Made by a program: the position numbers and the translations under genes
NCBI GenBank assembly: GCA_009692785.1
Contig: SHYN01000003.1
Coordinates: 1-39,404, forward strand
Origin: Chloroflexota bacterium
GTDB lineage: Bacteria; Chloroflexota; Limnocylindria; P2-11E
Reading direction: 5' to 3'
Length of the DNA: 39,404 nt
In this document: in pieces, positions 17,646 to 26,397 of the stretch
Layout: every line of letters starts with the position of its first letter
Position numbering within the stretch: the stretch's first letter is position 1
Notes under the pieces: generated by a model
What the model was told of the DNA's origin: nothing
Seen by the model: only the letters and a program-made list of their open reading frames with translations
The model's database searches: none

Positions 17646-18985
17646 CAGGCCGGGGCCCCCGCACGTTCCGCATCGGAGAGACGCTCCTCAACGCCATACA
17701 GCTGCCGGCGACGCAGCGAGGTGAACTCCATGGCCGCGTGCAGCAGCATCTGGGTGACCACCACCGCGGTGAAGAACGAGACGATCACGCCGAGCGCGAG
17801 GGTGAGGGCAAAGCCCTTGACGGTGCCGGTGCCGAAGTAGAAGAGGATGGCCGCGGTCATCACCGTCGCGAGGTTCGAGTAGAGGATCGAGGGGAAGGCA
17901 CGGCGGCGACCCTCCTCAAGCGCCTTCCGGAGCGACTTCCCCGTCCGGAGCTCTTCCTTGAGCCGCTCGAAGGTGAGGACATTCGCGTCAACAGCCATGC
18001 CGATCGAAAGGATGAACCCGGCGATGCCGGCGAGGGTCAGCGTGACCGGGATGAGGCGGAAGAGTGCGTAGACGAGCGCAGTGTAGAAGAGCAACGCCAG
18101 CACGGCGATGACCCCCGGGAGCCGGTAATACGCGATCATGAAGACCGCCACGAGAAGCAGACCCATCAGACCGGCGACGAGACTCCGGTTCACCGAGTCG
18201 CGACCGAGCGTCGGTTCGACCCTCGTGGACTGGATGACCTCGAGCGGGACCGGCAGCGCTCCGGAGTTCAGCAGGAGGCTCAGATCCTTGGCGGTCGCGG
18301 AGGTGAAGCCGCCCTCGATGATCCCGTTTCCCGACGAAAAGACCTCGCGGATCTGCGGCGCAGAGATCTGGCGGCCGTCGAGCGTGATCTGGATCTGCTG
18401 CCGGACGAAGTCCTTCGACATCTGCACCCACCGCGAGCCGTCGGGCTCGTTGAAGTCAAAGTGCACGACCGGCGAGTTCCCCTGGATCCGAACATCGGTG
18501 GGCTTGAGGTTCGAGCCGTTGAGCGGCGGCTCGAGGGACTTGTACTGGCCGGGCTTGTCCTTGTCGGGCACCTTGAACTCGAGGAAGGCCTGACGCGTCG
18601 CGAGCTCCTTCGCCTGCTCAAGGTCCGAGATCCCAGGGAGCTCGATGAGGATCTTGTCATTGCCGGCGGCCTGGATGACCGGCTCGGAGACGCCAAGGGC
18701 GTTGATCCGCTTGTCGATGACCCTGATCGTCTGGGTCTGGAGGTCGCGACCTGAGATATTCGAGCCGGGCGGCAGCTGCTCGGTGCGGAGCCGCAGGATG
18801 AGCTGGGTGCCGCCCTGGAGGTCCAGCCCGAGGTGGGTCTTGATCTCCTGATCCACGTTGAGCCCGCCAACGCGCAGGCAGATTCCCGGGCAGTTGAAGG
18901 GGAACGAGAACTGGTGCTTCGGAATGTCGACCCACACGGCCAGAAGAGCCGTGACGGCGACGATCCAAGGCCAAAGGCGAGCCAT
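17645..18985 (-). CDS. secD: Protein translocase subunit SecD (short periplasmic domain)
   Basis: LGLDLQGG, RINALGVSEP, IELPG, LNSGALP, GMAVDANVL.FERLKEE, GTVKGFA; TGATG-coupled to secF. Confidence 0.96.
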   Translation of the reverse strand: MARLWPWIVAVTALLAVWVDIPKHQFSFPFNCPGICLRVGGLNVDQEIKTHLGLDLQGGTQLILRLRTEQLPPGSNISGRDLQTQTIRVIDKRINALGVSEPVIQAAGNDKILIELPGISDLEQAKELATRQAFLEFKVPDKDKPGQYKSLEPPLNGSNLKPTDVRIQGNSPVVHFDFNEPDGSRWVQMSKDFVRQQIQITLDGRQISAPQIREVFSSGNGIIEGGFTSATAKDLSLLLNSGALPVPLEVIQSTRVEPTLGRDSVNRSLVAGLMGLLLVAVFMIAYYRLPGVIAVLALLFYTALVYALFRLIPVTLTLAGIAGFILSIGMAVDANVLTFERLKEELRTGKSLRKALEEGRRRAFPSILYSNLATVMTAAILFYFGTGTVKGFALTLALGVIVSFFTAVVVTQMLLHAAMEFTSLRRRQLYGVEERLSDAERAGAPA

Positions 18986-19015
18986 CGGTTAGGGGTGGAC
19001 CTCCAACAGTGCGCG

Positions 19016-19037
19016 AAAAAAGCGCCTCGCGGCGCTT
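19016..19037 (-). terminator. Intrinsic terminator after tatB
   Basis: Minus strand AAGCGCC-GCGA-GGCGCTTTTTT: GC stem, GNRA loop, U6 tract. Confidence 0.75.
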
Positions 19038-19046
19038 ATCACCGAA

Positions 19047-19052
19047 AGTATA
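19047..19052 (-). promoter_or_regulatory. Putative -10 hexamer TATACT upstream of secD
   Basis: Near-consensus TATACT in a roughly 70% GC background, about 60 nt upstream of the secD ATG. Confidence 0.45.
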
Positions 19053-19059
19053 CGGGTGT

Positions 19060-19473
19060 TCAGGCGGCGGGTGCCACGGGGCCCGCCGCGGCCGCCTTGT
19101 CCTCGGGTGCAGGAGGGGCCGCCGGGTCCGCCACGGCCACCGTCTCCACCGCTGGCGCATTCAGCGCTTGAAGGCGCTCGCGCGCCTCGCGGATCTCGCG
19201 GTCGAAGACCGTTTCCACCGGTGCCGACGGAACGGAGTCCGCGAGCTCGGGAGCCCGTGCGCCGGGCGGAGCGATGACCGGCTCAACGGTGATCGCCTCC
19301 TTGATCAGGTGGTCGGCGTTCAGGAACTCCGCACGCAGCTCGTCCGACGTGCGACGGAGGTCGTTCATGACCTTCCCCACGTCACGCGCCATCTTGGGCA
19401 TCCGCTCGGGCCCGAGCACGAGCAGCGCGAGGAAGAGCAGGAGGAGGAGCTCCCCGGTGCCGATACCGAACAT
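19060..19473 (-). CDS. tatB: Twin-arginine translocase subunit TatB (TatA/B family)
   Basis: MFGIGTGELLLLLFLALLVLGPERMPKMARDVGK followed by an amphipathic helix and Ala/Pro tail; start set to ATG 19473. Confidence 0.88.
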   Translation of the reverse strand: MFGIGTGELLLLLFLALLVLGPERMPKMARDVGKVMNDLRRTSDELRAEFLNADHLIKEAITVEPVIAPPGARAPELADSVPSAPVETVFDREIREARERLQALNAPAVETVAVADPAAPPAPEDKAAAAGPVAPAA

Positions 19474-19483
19474 CGCTCGAATC

Positions 19484-20308
19484 CTAGGACGCGTCCGCGA
19501 CCGCGTCGCGCGCCTGGTTCGCGAGATCCCTGAGCGCGCGCGCCGCACGGGCCGCGGCGGTCTCGAAGTCCGAGCCGCGGGAGGCATACGTCACGGAGCG
19601 CGATGCGGCGAGGAGCACCCCACCACCGCGCGCGTCGAGCGCGGCCCGCACGGCGGCGGTGCCGTCTCCGCCCTGCGAGCCCACGCCGGGCATGAGAAAC
19701 AACCGATCGGGGGCGAGCAGGCGGAGCCGGCGGGCCTCGTCCGGGTAGGTCGCGCCGACGACGAACCCGCACCGCTCTGCGGGGAAGGCAGCCGCGCAGC
19801 GCCGGACCACCTCCTCGTAGAGCGGTCGTCCCTCGACCAGAAGGTCCTGGAAGTCACCCGCGCCCGGGTTGGAGGTTCGTGCGAGTACGAAGGCGTAGCG
19901 ACCTTCGCTGCAGAACGGCAGGATCGCGTCCAGGCCGAGGTAGGGTGCCGCCGTGACGGCATCGGCCCCGAACCGTTCAAAAAGCGCCCTGGCGTAGGCC
20001 CCCGCGGTGTTCGGAACATCGCCGCGCTTGGCGTCCAGGATGATCGGGATGCCCGCCGGCACAGCCTGGACGGTCAGGCTCAGCACGTCCAGCGCCGCGG
20101 CGCCGTACTGCTCGAAGAACGCGAGGTTTGGCTTGTAGGCACAGGCGTGCTCGGCGGTGGCGCAGATGACCTTGCGGAGGAACCGGACCGCCGCCTGGGG
20201 TCCGGCCCCGAGCGTCGGGGGAATGAGCTCCGGCTCGGGATCGAGCCCGATACAGACGATGCTGCCGCTCCGCGCCATGGACGCCGAGAGGCGATCGAGA
20301 AAGGGCAT
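19484..20308 (-). CDS. pyrF: Orotidine-5'-phosphate decarboxylase (subfamily 2)
   Basis: CIGLDP, YKPNLAFFE, ILDAKRGDVPNT, RTSNPG, VVGATYP, PGVGSQGG, SRS; start ATG 20308. Confidence 0.95.
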   Translation of the reverse strand: MPFLDRLSASMARSGSIVCIGLDPEPELIPPTLGAGPQAAVRFLRKVICATAEHACAYKPNLAFFEQYGAAALDVLSLTVQAVPAGIPIILDAKRGDVPNTAGAYARALFERFGADAVTAAPYLGLDAILPFCSEGRYAFVLARTSNPGAGDFQDLLVEGRPLYEEVVRRCAAAFPAERCGFVVGATYPDEARRLRLLAPDRLFLMPGVGSQGGDGTAAVRAALDARGGGVLLAASRSVTYASRGSDFETAAARAARALRDLANQARDAVADAS

Positions 20309-20358
20309 CGTCGAGACTATGATAATCGCGCTTCCGCTTAATGGGTAAGGAGGAGTCA

Positions 20359-21399
20359 ATGCTTCGCAGGTTCCGCGGGTCCCTTGTGGTGACCATGGCT
20401 GCCACAGTGATCATCGCCGCCTGCGGTGGTGGATCGACCGCGACCGCGCCGGCCGCCGCGCCGGCCGCCCCCGCCACGCCGAGCGCTCTGCGCATCGGAT
20501 CGTTCGACCGTCCGATCGTTCTCGCGTTCACGCCCTCCGCCGAGGTGGCGAAGCTCACCACGACCGGCAACGCCATCGCCTCCGCGCTCGGATCGGCCAC
20601 CGGCCTCCGCTGGAAGGTCGTCGTCCCCACGTCGTACGCCGCGGAGATCGAATCGATGTGCGCCGGCCAGACGGACGTCGCGTTCCTCGCCTCGCTCCAG
20701 ATGACGCTCCTGCTCGACAAGGCCTGCGGGTCGCCGATCCTCGCCGCGCTCCGCAAGGACGAGACCGGCAAGCTCTCGACGACCTACAACTCTCAGATCC
20801 TCGTCCGCAGCGACAGCGGGATCACGGACCTCAACGGGCTCAAGGGCAAGAAGTTCGCGTTCGTCGACGCCCTGTCGGCATCCGGCTTCCTCTTCCCCGC
20901 CCTGACGATCAAGCAGAAGACCGGCCAGGACCCCAAGACGTTCTTCGCCTCCACGATCAACGCCGGCGGCCACCCGCAGTCCGTCCTGGCCCTCTACAAC
21001 GGGCAGGTCGACGGCGCGGCATCCTTCGTTGACGCCCGCGTCACCATTCCTGGTGGAACGATCCTCAACGCTGGCATGCCCGCCGACATTCTGGAAAAGA
21101 CGAGGGTCATCTCGACCGCCGGCCCGATCCCGAACGACGGCATCGCGCTGTCAAAGGGCTTCCCCGCGGACATCGGTGCCCAGGTCAAGAAGGCGCTCAT
21201 CGACTACTCAAAGACCGACTCCGGTAAGAAGGACCTCCTGACGCTCTTCCAATGGGACGACATGCAGGAGGTCTCCGCGAGCTTCTACGACAGCGTCCGC
21301 GAAGCGGCAAAGCTCGGCGGCGTGGACGTTGCCGGCGAAGCCGCCAAGACCCCCCGGCCGGCGGCCACTCCCGCACCGAGCCCGAGCAAGGCGCCCTGA
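20359..21399 (+). CDS. phnD: Phosphate/phosphite/phosphonate ABC transporter substrate-binding lipoprotein
   Basis: AGGAGG SD, IIAAC lipobox, TSYAAEIESM, YNSQILV, LKGKKFAFVDALSASG, GGH, IPND. Confidence 0.9.
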   Translation: MLRRFRGSLVVTMAATVIIAACGGGSTATAPAAAPAAPATPSALRIGSFDRPIVLAFTPSAEVAKLTTTGNAIASALGSATGLRWKVVVPTSYAAEIESMCAGQTDVAFLASLQMTLLLDKACGSPILAALRKDETGKLSTTYNSQILVRSDSGITDLNGLKGKKFAFVDALSASGFLFPALTIKQKTGQDPKTFFASTINAGGHPQSVLALYNGQVDGAASFVDARVTIPGGTILNAGMPADILEKTRVISTAGPIPNDGIALSKGFPADIGAQVKKALIDYSKTDSGKKDLLTLFQWDDMQEVSASFYDSVREAAKLGGVDVAGEAAKTPRPAATPAPSPSKAP

Positions 21400-21431
21400 C
21401 CGCAAGGCCCACCTTCCGCCGGATCCAGCGC

Positions 21432-21463
21432 GAATGGAGGCTGCCGCAGGGCGGCCTTTATTC
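21432..21463 (+). terminator. Stem-loop after phnD (partial terminator or mRNA stabiliser)
   Basis: GAATGGAGGCTGCC-GCAG-GGCGGCCTTTATTC, 14-bp stem including G-U pairs. Confidence 0.55.
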
Positions 21464-21516
21464 GTTCTGCCCGGGACCGAGCGGACGGCAGGCCATTGGA
21501 AATATGCTGCCGAACG

Positions 21517-22308
21517 ATGTCGGCTCAGCTCCGGATCACGGATCTCATCAAGGTCTACCGCGGCGGCACGCGCGCCCTCGACGGCATTTCGCTCGAGATC
21601 ACACGGGGCGAGTTCGTCGTGCTCATCGGACTCTCCGGCTCCGGCAAATCGACCCTGCTCCGCTGCATCAACCGGCTCGTCGAGCCGACGAGCGGCCGCG
21701 TCGAGCTTGACGACATCGATGTCACCGCCGCCGGAGGCGGCGAGTTGCGGCGCATCCGCCGCAGGATCGGGATGATCTTCCAGCAGTTCAACCTCGTCCG
21801 CCGCTCGACGGTCTTCGCGAACGTGCTCGCCGGACGGCTTGGCTACCGCTCGGTCTGGCGCACGCTGGTATTCCAGCCCACCCATCACGACATCGACCTT
21901 GCGTTCGAGAACCTCCAGCGCGTCGGCATCCTCGACAAGGCCTACAGCCGCGCCGATGCGCTCTCCGGCGGTCAGCAGCAGCGGGTCGGTATCGCACGGG
22001 CGCTCATGCAGCGGCCGGACGTCATGCTCGCCGACGAGCCCGTCGCCTCGCTCGACCCGGCCACCAGCCATTCGGTCATGAAGTATCTGGAGGAGATCAA
22101 CAAAAAGGACGGCATCACCGTTATCTGCTCGCTCCACTTTCTTTCGCTCGCGCGCCGGTACGGAACGCGGGTCATCGCGCTGAAGGACGGCCGTGTCGCC
22201 TTCGACGGCCTGCCCGCGGAGATCGACGAGGCGCGCTTCAAGGAGATCTACGGCCTGGATGCGGTCGAGGTTGAGATCGGCGTCGCGAAGGTGCGGGGCG
22301 AGGCCTGA
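21517..22308 (+). CDS. phnC: Phosphonate ABC transporter ATP-binding protein
   Basis: GLSGSGKST, IFQQFNLV, NVLAGRLG, LSGGQQQRV, LADEPVASLDP, SLH. Confidence 0.93.
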   Translation: MSAQLRITDLIKVYRGGTRALDGISLEITRGEFVVLIGLSGSGKSTLLRCINRLVEPTSGRVELDDIDVTAAGGGELRRIRRRIGMIFQQFNLVRRSTVFANVLAGRLGYRSVWRTLVFQPTHHDIDLAFENLQRVGILDKAYSRADALSGGQQQRVGIARALMQRPDVMLADEPVASLDPATSHSVMKYLEEINKKDGITVICSLHFLSLARRYGTRVIALKDGRVAFDGLPAEIDEARFKEIYGLDAVEVEIGVAKVRGEA

Positions 22309-23159
22309 TGGCAAGCTACTTCCGCAGCCGCGGCCTGCCGGTCCCGCGCGAGCTGTCGCGGAACCCCCTGACCGATTGGCAGCGCTGGGGGACCCTTGCC
22401 GTCACCATCGCAGTGCTCTACGTCGGCGTGAAGGTCCTGGACATCGATGTTTCGCGCGCCAACCCGCAGTACGCCTGGGGCGTGGTGCGCAAGCTCCTCG
22501 AATGGGACTTCGACATCATGACCCCGCAGAACGAGTACGAGACGTTCTGGGATACCTCCCCCGGCCTCATGCTCACGACGATCCTCCTCGGGGTCGTGGC
22601 GACCGCGCTGTCGCTGCTCCTCGCGCTGCCTCTCGCATTCCTCGGCGCGCGGAACATCATGACCGGCCACCCCGTGACCGCCGTGATCTATACGTTCGTG
22701 CGGATCCTTTTCACCATCGTCCGTTCCATCGACGTCCTCATCGTCGTCATCGTGTTCGCGATCATCTTCGGCCTTGGGAGCGCGGCCGGCGTCTTTGGCC
22801 TCGCCTTCCACAACATTGGTGTCCTGGGCAAGCTCTACTCCGAGGCGATCGAGGGCATCGACCCGGGTCCCGGCGAGGCGATCACCGCCACCGGCGCGAA
22901 TCGCGTCCAGGTCATCTGGACCGCGGTGCTGCCGCAGATCTTCAACCCGTTCGTCTCGTTCACGATCTACCGGCTCGACGCCAACGTCCGGCTCGCACCG
23001 GTCCTCGGCTTCGTCGGCGGTGGCGGGATCGGCCAGCAGCTCTTCCAGACCATCCAGCTCTTCCAGTACCAGAAAGCCGGGCTCATCATCTTCATGATCG
23101 TCCTCGTCGTCGCAACGATGGACTTCGCCTCAGCCCAGGTCCGCAAGAAGCTGAGCTAG
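22308..23159 (+). CDS. phnE: Phosphonate ABC transporter permease
   Basis: LAFLGARN, LGKLYSEAIE...EAITATGA (EAA loop), LPQ, RLDANVR..VLGFVGGGGIG; TGATG-coupled to phnC. Confidence 0.92.
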   Translation: MASYFRSRGLPVPRELSRNPLTDWQRWGTLAVTIAVLYVGVKVLDIDVSRANPQYAWGVVRKLLEWDFDIMTPQNEYETFWDTSPGLMLTTILLGVVATALSLLLALPLAFLGARNIMTGHPVTAVIYTFVRILFTIVRSIDVLIVVIVFAIIFGLGSAAGVFGLAFHNIGVLGKLYSEAIEGIDPGPGEAITATGANRVQVIWTAVLPQIFNPFVSFTIYRLDANVRLAPVLGFVGGGGIGQQLFQTIQLFQYQKAGLIIFMIVLVVATMDFASAQVRKKLS

Positions 23160-23183
23160 CGGAGAACGCCGACGGGCCCCCGG

Positions 23184-24233
23184 TCAGTTGGCCCAGGCTG
23201 GACGGCTGTCGCCGTCAACGCCCTCACCGTGGGTGACCTTCCGCGGGGAGCGCGAGGCGCCGCCGGCGAGCGCCTCGCCGAGCTCCAGCGCCCAGAGATC
23301 GATCACGCCACCCTCTGAGCGGAGATAGGCGAGCCATTTCCCGTCGGGACTCAGAACGCCGTTCCACGACCGGCCGTCGCTCGTAAGCGTGACGTCGCGC
23401 CCTGTCGCAAGCTCCTGGGCGTGCACGTCGTTCCGATCGCCGCTGCGCAGCGTGTAGGCGAGCCAGCGTCCGTCGGCGGAAAAGGACGGTCGGTAGGCGT
23501 CGCCCGGGGCAACGGTCCGCAGCCGCTGCGGCGCGGTCCTCCCATCGACAGGCCAGAGCAGAAGCCCCGCGGTGTCGGTGTTGTACGACGTGACCGCGAT
23601 CGTCCTGCCGTCCGGCGACCACGAGGCGTCGGCGAGCTGAGCGCCGGTCGACAGGATCGTCACGGGCCGGCGGCCGGGTGTGGAGAGGTCGATGACCTCA
23701 AGGTCCGACGCACCGTCGCCATCGTCTTCCGTGAGCGCGAGCCGCTTCCCGTCCGGCGAAAGCGCGGGACCGAGATACCAGGACACGAGGTGCTGCCCGT
23801 TCTGCGCCCGCTGCCGGAGACCCTCCACGAGGACCTCCTCGGCGCCCCCGCCGGTCGGCTTGCGCACGATGCGGGTGAAGGCGAGCTCAGCCGGGACCGC
23901 ACGACCGTCAACGACGCGGGTTCCCGGCAGCGTCTCGACGCGGGCGAAGACGAGCGCCGTGCCGTCCGCCGACAGCGCGGGTTGGATCGACCGACCCTCC
24001 ACGGTGGCCGGGCGATACGCCCCATCGGCAACGACGTAGACGTCACCGCCAAGTGTGAAGGCGATGCGGCCCGGGAGCGCGACCTGGGTCGACACCGGCG
24101 TCGCCGGCTTGGCCGGGGTGGCGACCGCGGAGGTGCTGGCGAGTAGCAGAGGCAGCACCCGAGTGCCGAGCGCGCCATAGCCAACGATGAGGATCGCGGC
24201 GGCAGACCCGAAGATCAGTTCGCGGCCGCGCAC
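23184..24233 (-). CDS. TolB-like beta-propeller (PD40 repeat) protein with N-terminal membrane anchor
   Basis: Repeated PALSADG, PALSPDGKRLA, ASWSPDGRTIA, PSFSADGRWLA, LSPDGKWLA, terminal RPAW. Confidence 0.85.
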   Translation of the reverse strand: MRGRELIFGSAAAILIVGYGALGTRVLPLLLASTSAVATPAKPATPVSTQVALPGRIAFTLGGDVYVVADGAYRPATVEGRSIQPALSADGTALVFARVETLPGTRVVDGRAVPAELAFTRIVRKPTGGGAEEVLVEGLRQRAQNGQHLVSWYLGPALSPDGKRLALTEDDGDGASDLEVIDLSTPGRRPVTILSTGAQLADASWSPDGRTIAVTSYNTDTAGLLLWPVDGRTAPQRLRTVAPGDAYRPSFSADGRWLAYTLRSGDRNDVHAQELATGRDVTLTSDGRSWNGVLSPDGKWLAYLRSEGGVIDLWALELGEALAGGASRSPRKVTHGEGVDGDSRPAWAN

Positions 24234-24895
24234 AGTGCCTCCACCTGGAGCGCGACGCGCTCGAGAGCCACAGCAAGGTCCGGGCCGTTCACCACCTCGA
24301 GGTGGCCGCCGGCCGGCGCCTCGAAGGGCTGGGCCCGCATCCGCTCGTAGATCGTGCGATCGGCGTCCGAGTGGTCGTGCTGAGCGCGTTCCACCTGGCG
24401 CCGACCGAGCCGCTCGAGCGTCGCGGCCTCATCGGCGATGACCCGCAGCCAGATGAGCGGCACCCCACATCGCGCCGCGGTGGCCTCCGGCGCGAGGCGG
24501 CCTGCTGCGGTCAGGTGCGTCGCATCAAGGACGACCCGATGACGCTCACGGAGCAGCCCTTCGACGAGCGCGTCGAGACACGCGAAGACGGCGCTGTTCT
24601 CCGGTGGCGCATAGGAGGCAGCGACGAAGAGTCGGCGCCGGAGGTGATCACTAGCGACATGCGCCGCGCCGAGACGGGCGGCGAGGATCCGTGCCGAGTG
24701 GGTCTTCCCCGACCCGGGGAGACCGATGAGCGCAATGAGCGCCGGCGCACCCTGGGGGCCGTCGGGGGGCGCCCAGATCTCGGCCCGCAGCTGCCGCGCG
24801 AGATCCTCCCTCCGCTCCGCATAGTGGCGCGTCTGCGCCGCCACCCCGGCGCCGTTCGAGGCCCGGAACAGTCCGCCCGGCCGCTTGGCGCTCAC
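24215..24895 (-). CDS. AAA_33-type P-loop kinase
   Basis: IGLPGSGKT, SDHLRRRL, VVLDATH, ERLGRR lid, SDAD; GTGA-coupled to murE. Confidence 0.8.
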   Translation of the reverse strand: MSAKRPGGLFRASNGAGVAAQTRHYAERREDLARQLRAEIWAPPDGPQGAPALIALIGLPGSGKTHSARILAARLGAAHVASDHLRRRLFVAASYAPPENSAVFACLDALVEGLLRERHRVVLDATHLTAAGRLAPEATAARCGVPLIWLRVIADEAATLERLGRRQVERAQHDHSDADRTIYERMRAQPFEAPAGGHLEVVNGPDLAVALERVALQVEALCAAAN

Positions 24896-26397
24896 GACTT
24901 CGCGTGGCCGAGCGCGCGAAGAGCGTCGCGAGCGGTCGCCGCCTCGTCATAGGGCCTCGCCACCTCGCCCGTGATGATCGAGCGCTCATGGCCCTTGCCA
25001 GCGAGCAGCACCGTGTCGCCCGCCTTGGCCTGTCCGATGGCGGACGTCACCGCCGCCACCCGGTCGCCGATGACGAGATAGTCCGTTCCGAGGCGCTTCC
25101 CCGCTTCGCGAGCGCCCGCCGCGATCTCCGCGAGGATGACCTTGGGATCCTCGAGCCGCGGGTCCTCCTCGGTGATGATGAAGAGATCGGCGTGACGCCC
25201 CGCGGCCTGCGCGAGAAGCGGTCGCTTCGCGCGGTCCCGCTCGCCGGCGCTGCCGAAGACCGCGATGAGCCTGCCGGGGGTCAGGGGTCGAAGGAGCGCA
25301 AGCACATTGCCGAGCGCCTCGGGCGTGTGCGCGTAATCGACGATGACAGTGAACGGCTGGCCCTCGGCCACGCGTTCCATGCGCCCGCGGACCGCTCGCG
25401 CCCGCTCCAGTGCCGTTCGCGCGTGAGCGAGGGTCGCCCCGGTCGCGAGCCCCGTCGCGGCGGCAGCGAGCGCGTTGGCGATGTTGAAGCGACCCACGAG
25501 CGGCAGAAAGAACTCGATCCTCTCACTGCCGGTGGCGATCTGGATCCGCGAGCCTTTGGCATCCGCGCTCAACACCGTGCCCTGCACGTCCGCGAGCGCG
25601 TTGAGCCCGTAGGTGATGACGCGCGCGCCGGCCACGCGATCGGCGAGGTAGCGCCAGTGCGGGTCATCCGCATTCAGCACCGCTGCCTTCGCGACGCCTT
25701 TTGCCGGGCCATCGGCAAGCGCCTCGAACAGCAACCCCTTTGCTTCGAGATACCGCTGCAGCGTGCCGTGAAAGTCGAGGTGCTCGGGCGAAAGGTTGGT
25801 GAAGACCGCCACGTCCACCCAGGTGCCACGCAGTTTCTGCAGCGCGAGCGCATGCGAGGTTGCCTCGAGGACCGCCCAGGTGCCACCGGCGACGAGCAGC
25901 TCAGCGCAGAACTCCTGCACCTCGACCGCCTCCTGGGTGCTCTGGCGGGAATCGTTCGACCAGCTCTGCCCGGCGCTCTTGAAATCGACGGTCGTGGCGT
26001 AGCCGGTCGTCTCACCCGCGGCCTCTAGCACATCGGAGATCAGGTGAGTGGTCGTGGTCTTGCCGTCGGTGCCGGTCACGCCGACGACGCGGAGCCGCGC
26101 CGTCGGGTGATCGTAGAGCTCTGCCGCGAGATCCGCGAGACTTGCGCGAGCGTCCTCGGTCACCGCAACGGGCGCGGAGAGGCCCCCGAGCTCGCCCTCC
26201 GCGACGACGGCGACGGCACCACGCGCCACCGCGTCTGCCGCGAACTGCGCGCCGTCGCGGTGGAATCCCGGGATCGCGACGAAGAGCGACCCCGCTCCCG
26301 CCTTGCGCGAGTCGTAGACGATCCGCGCGACCTCGAGATCGGCGGCGCCCGCCGGCGCGGCGAGGCCGCAGGCTCCCAGGAGCGGGCCGAGCCTCAC
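24892..26397 (-). CDS. murE: UDP-N-acetylmuramoyl-dipeptide:diamino acid ligase MurE
   Basis: YDSRK, GVTGTDGKTT, EATSHAL, FTNLSPEHLDFH, VDYAHTP, FGSAGERD..KRP, AGKGHE; specificity motif reads EDPR. Confidence 0.95.
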   Translation of the reverse strand: MRLGPLLGACGLAAPAGAADLEVARIVYDSRKAGAGSLFVAIPGFHRDGAQFAADAVARGAVAVVAEGELGGLSAPVAVTEDARASLADLAAELYDHPTARLRVVGVTGTDGKTTTTHLISDVLEAAGETTGYATTVDFKSAGQSWSNDSRQSTQEAVEVQEFCAELLVAGGTWAVLEATSHALALQKLRGTWVDVAVFTNLSPEHLDFHGTLQRYLEAKGLLFEALADGPAKGVAKAAVLNADDPHWRYLADRVAGARVITYGLNALADVQGTVLSADAKGSRIQIATGSERIEFFLPLVGRFNIANALAAAATGLATGATLAHARTALERARAVRGRMERVAEGQPFTVIVDYAHTPEALGNVLALLRPLTPGRLIAVFGSAGERDRAKRPLLAQAAGRHADLFIITEEDPRLEDPKVILAEIAAGAREAGKRLGTDYLVIGDRVAAVTSAIGQAKAGDTVLLAGKGHERSIITGEVARPYDEAATARDALRALGHAKS

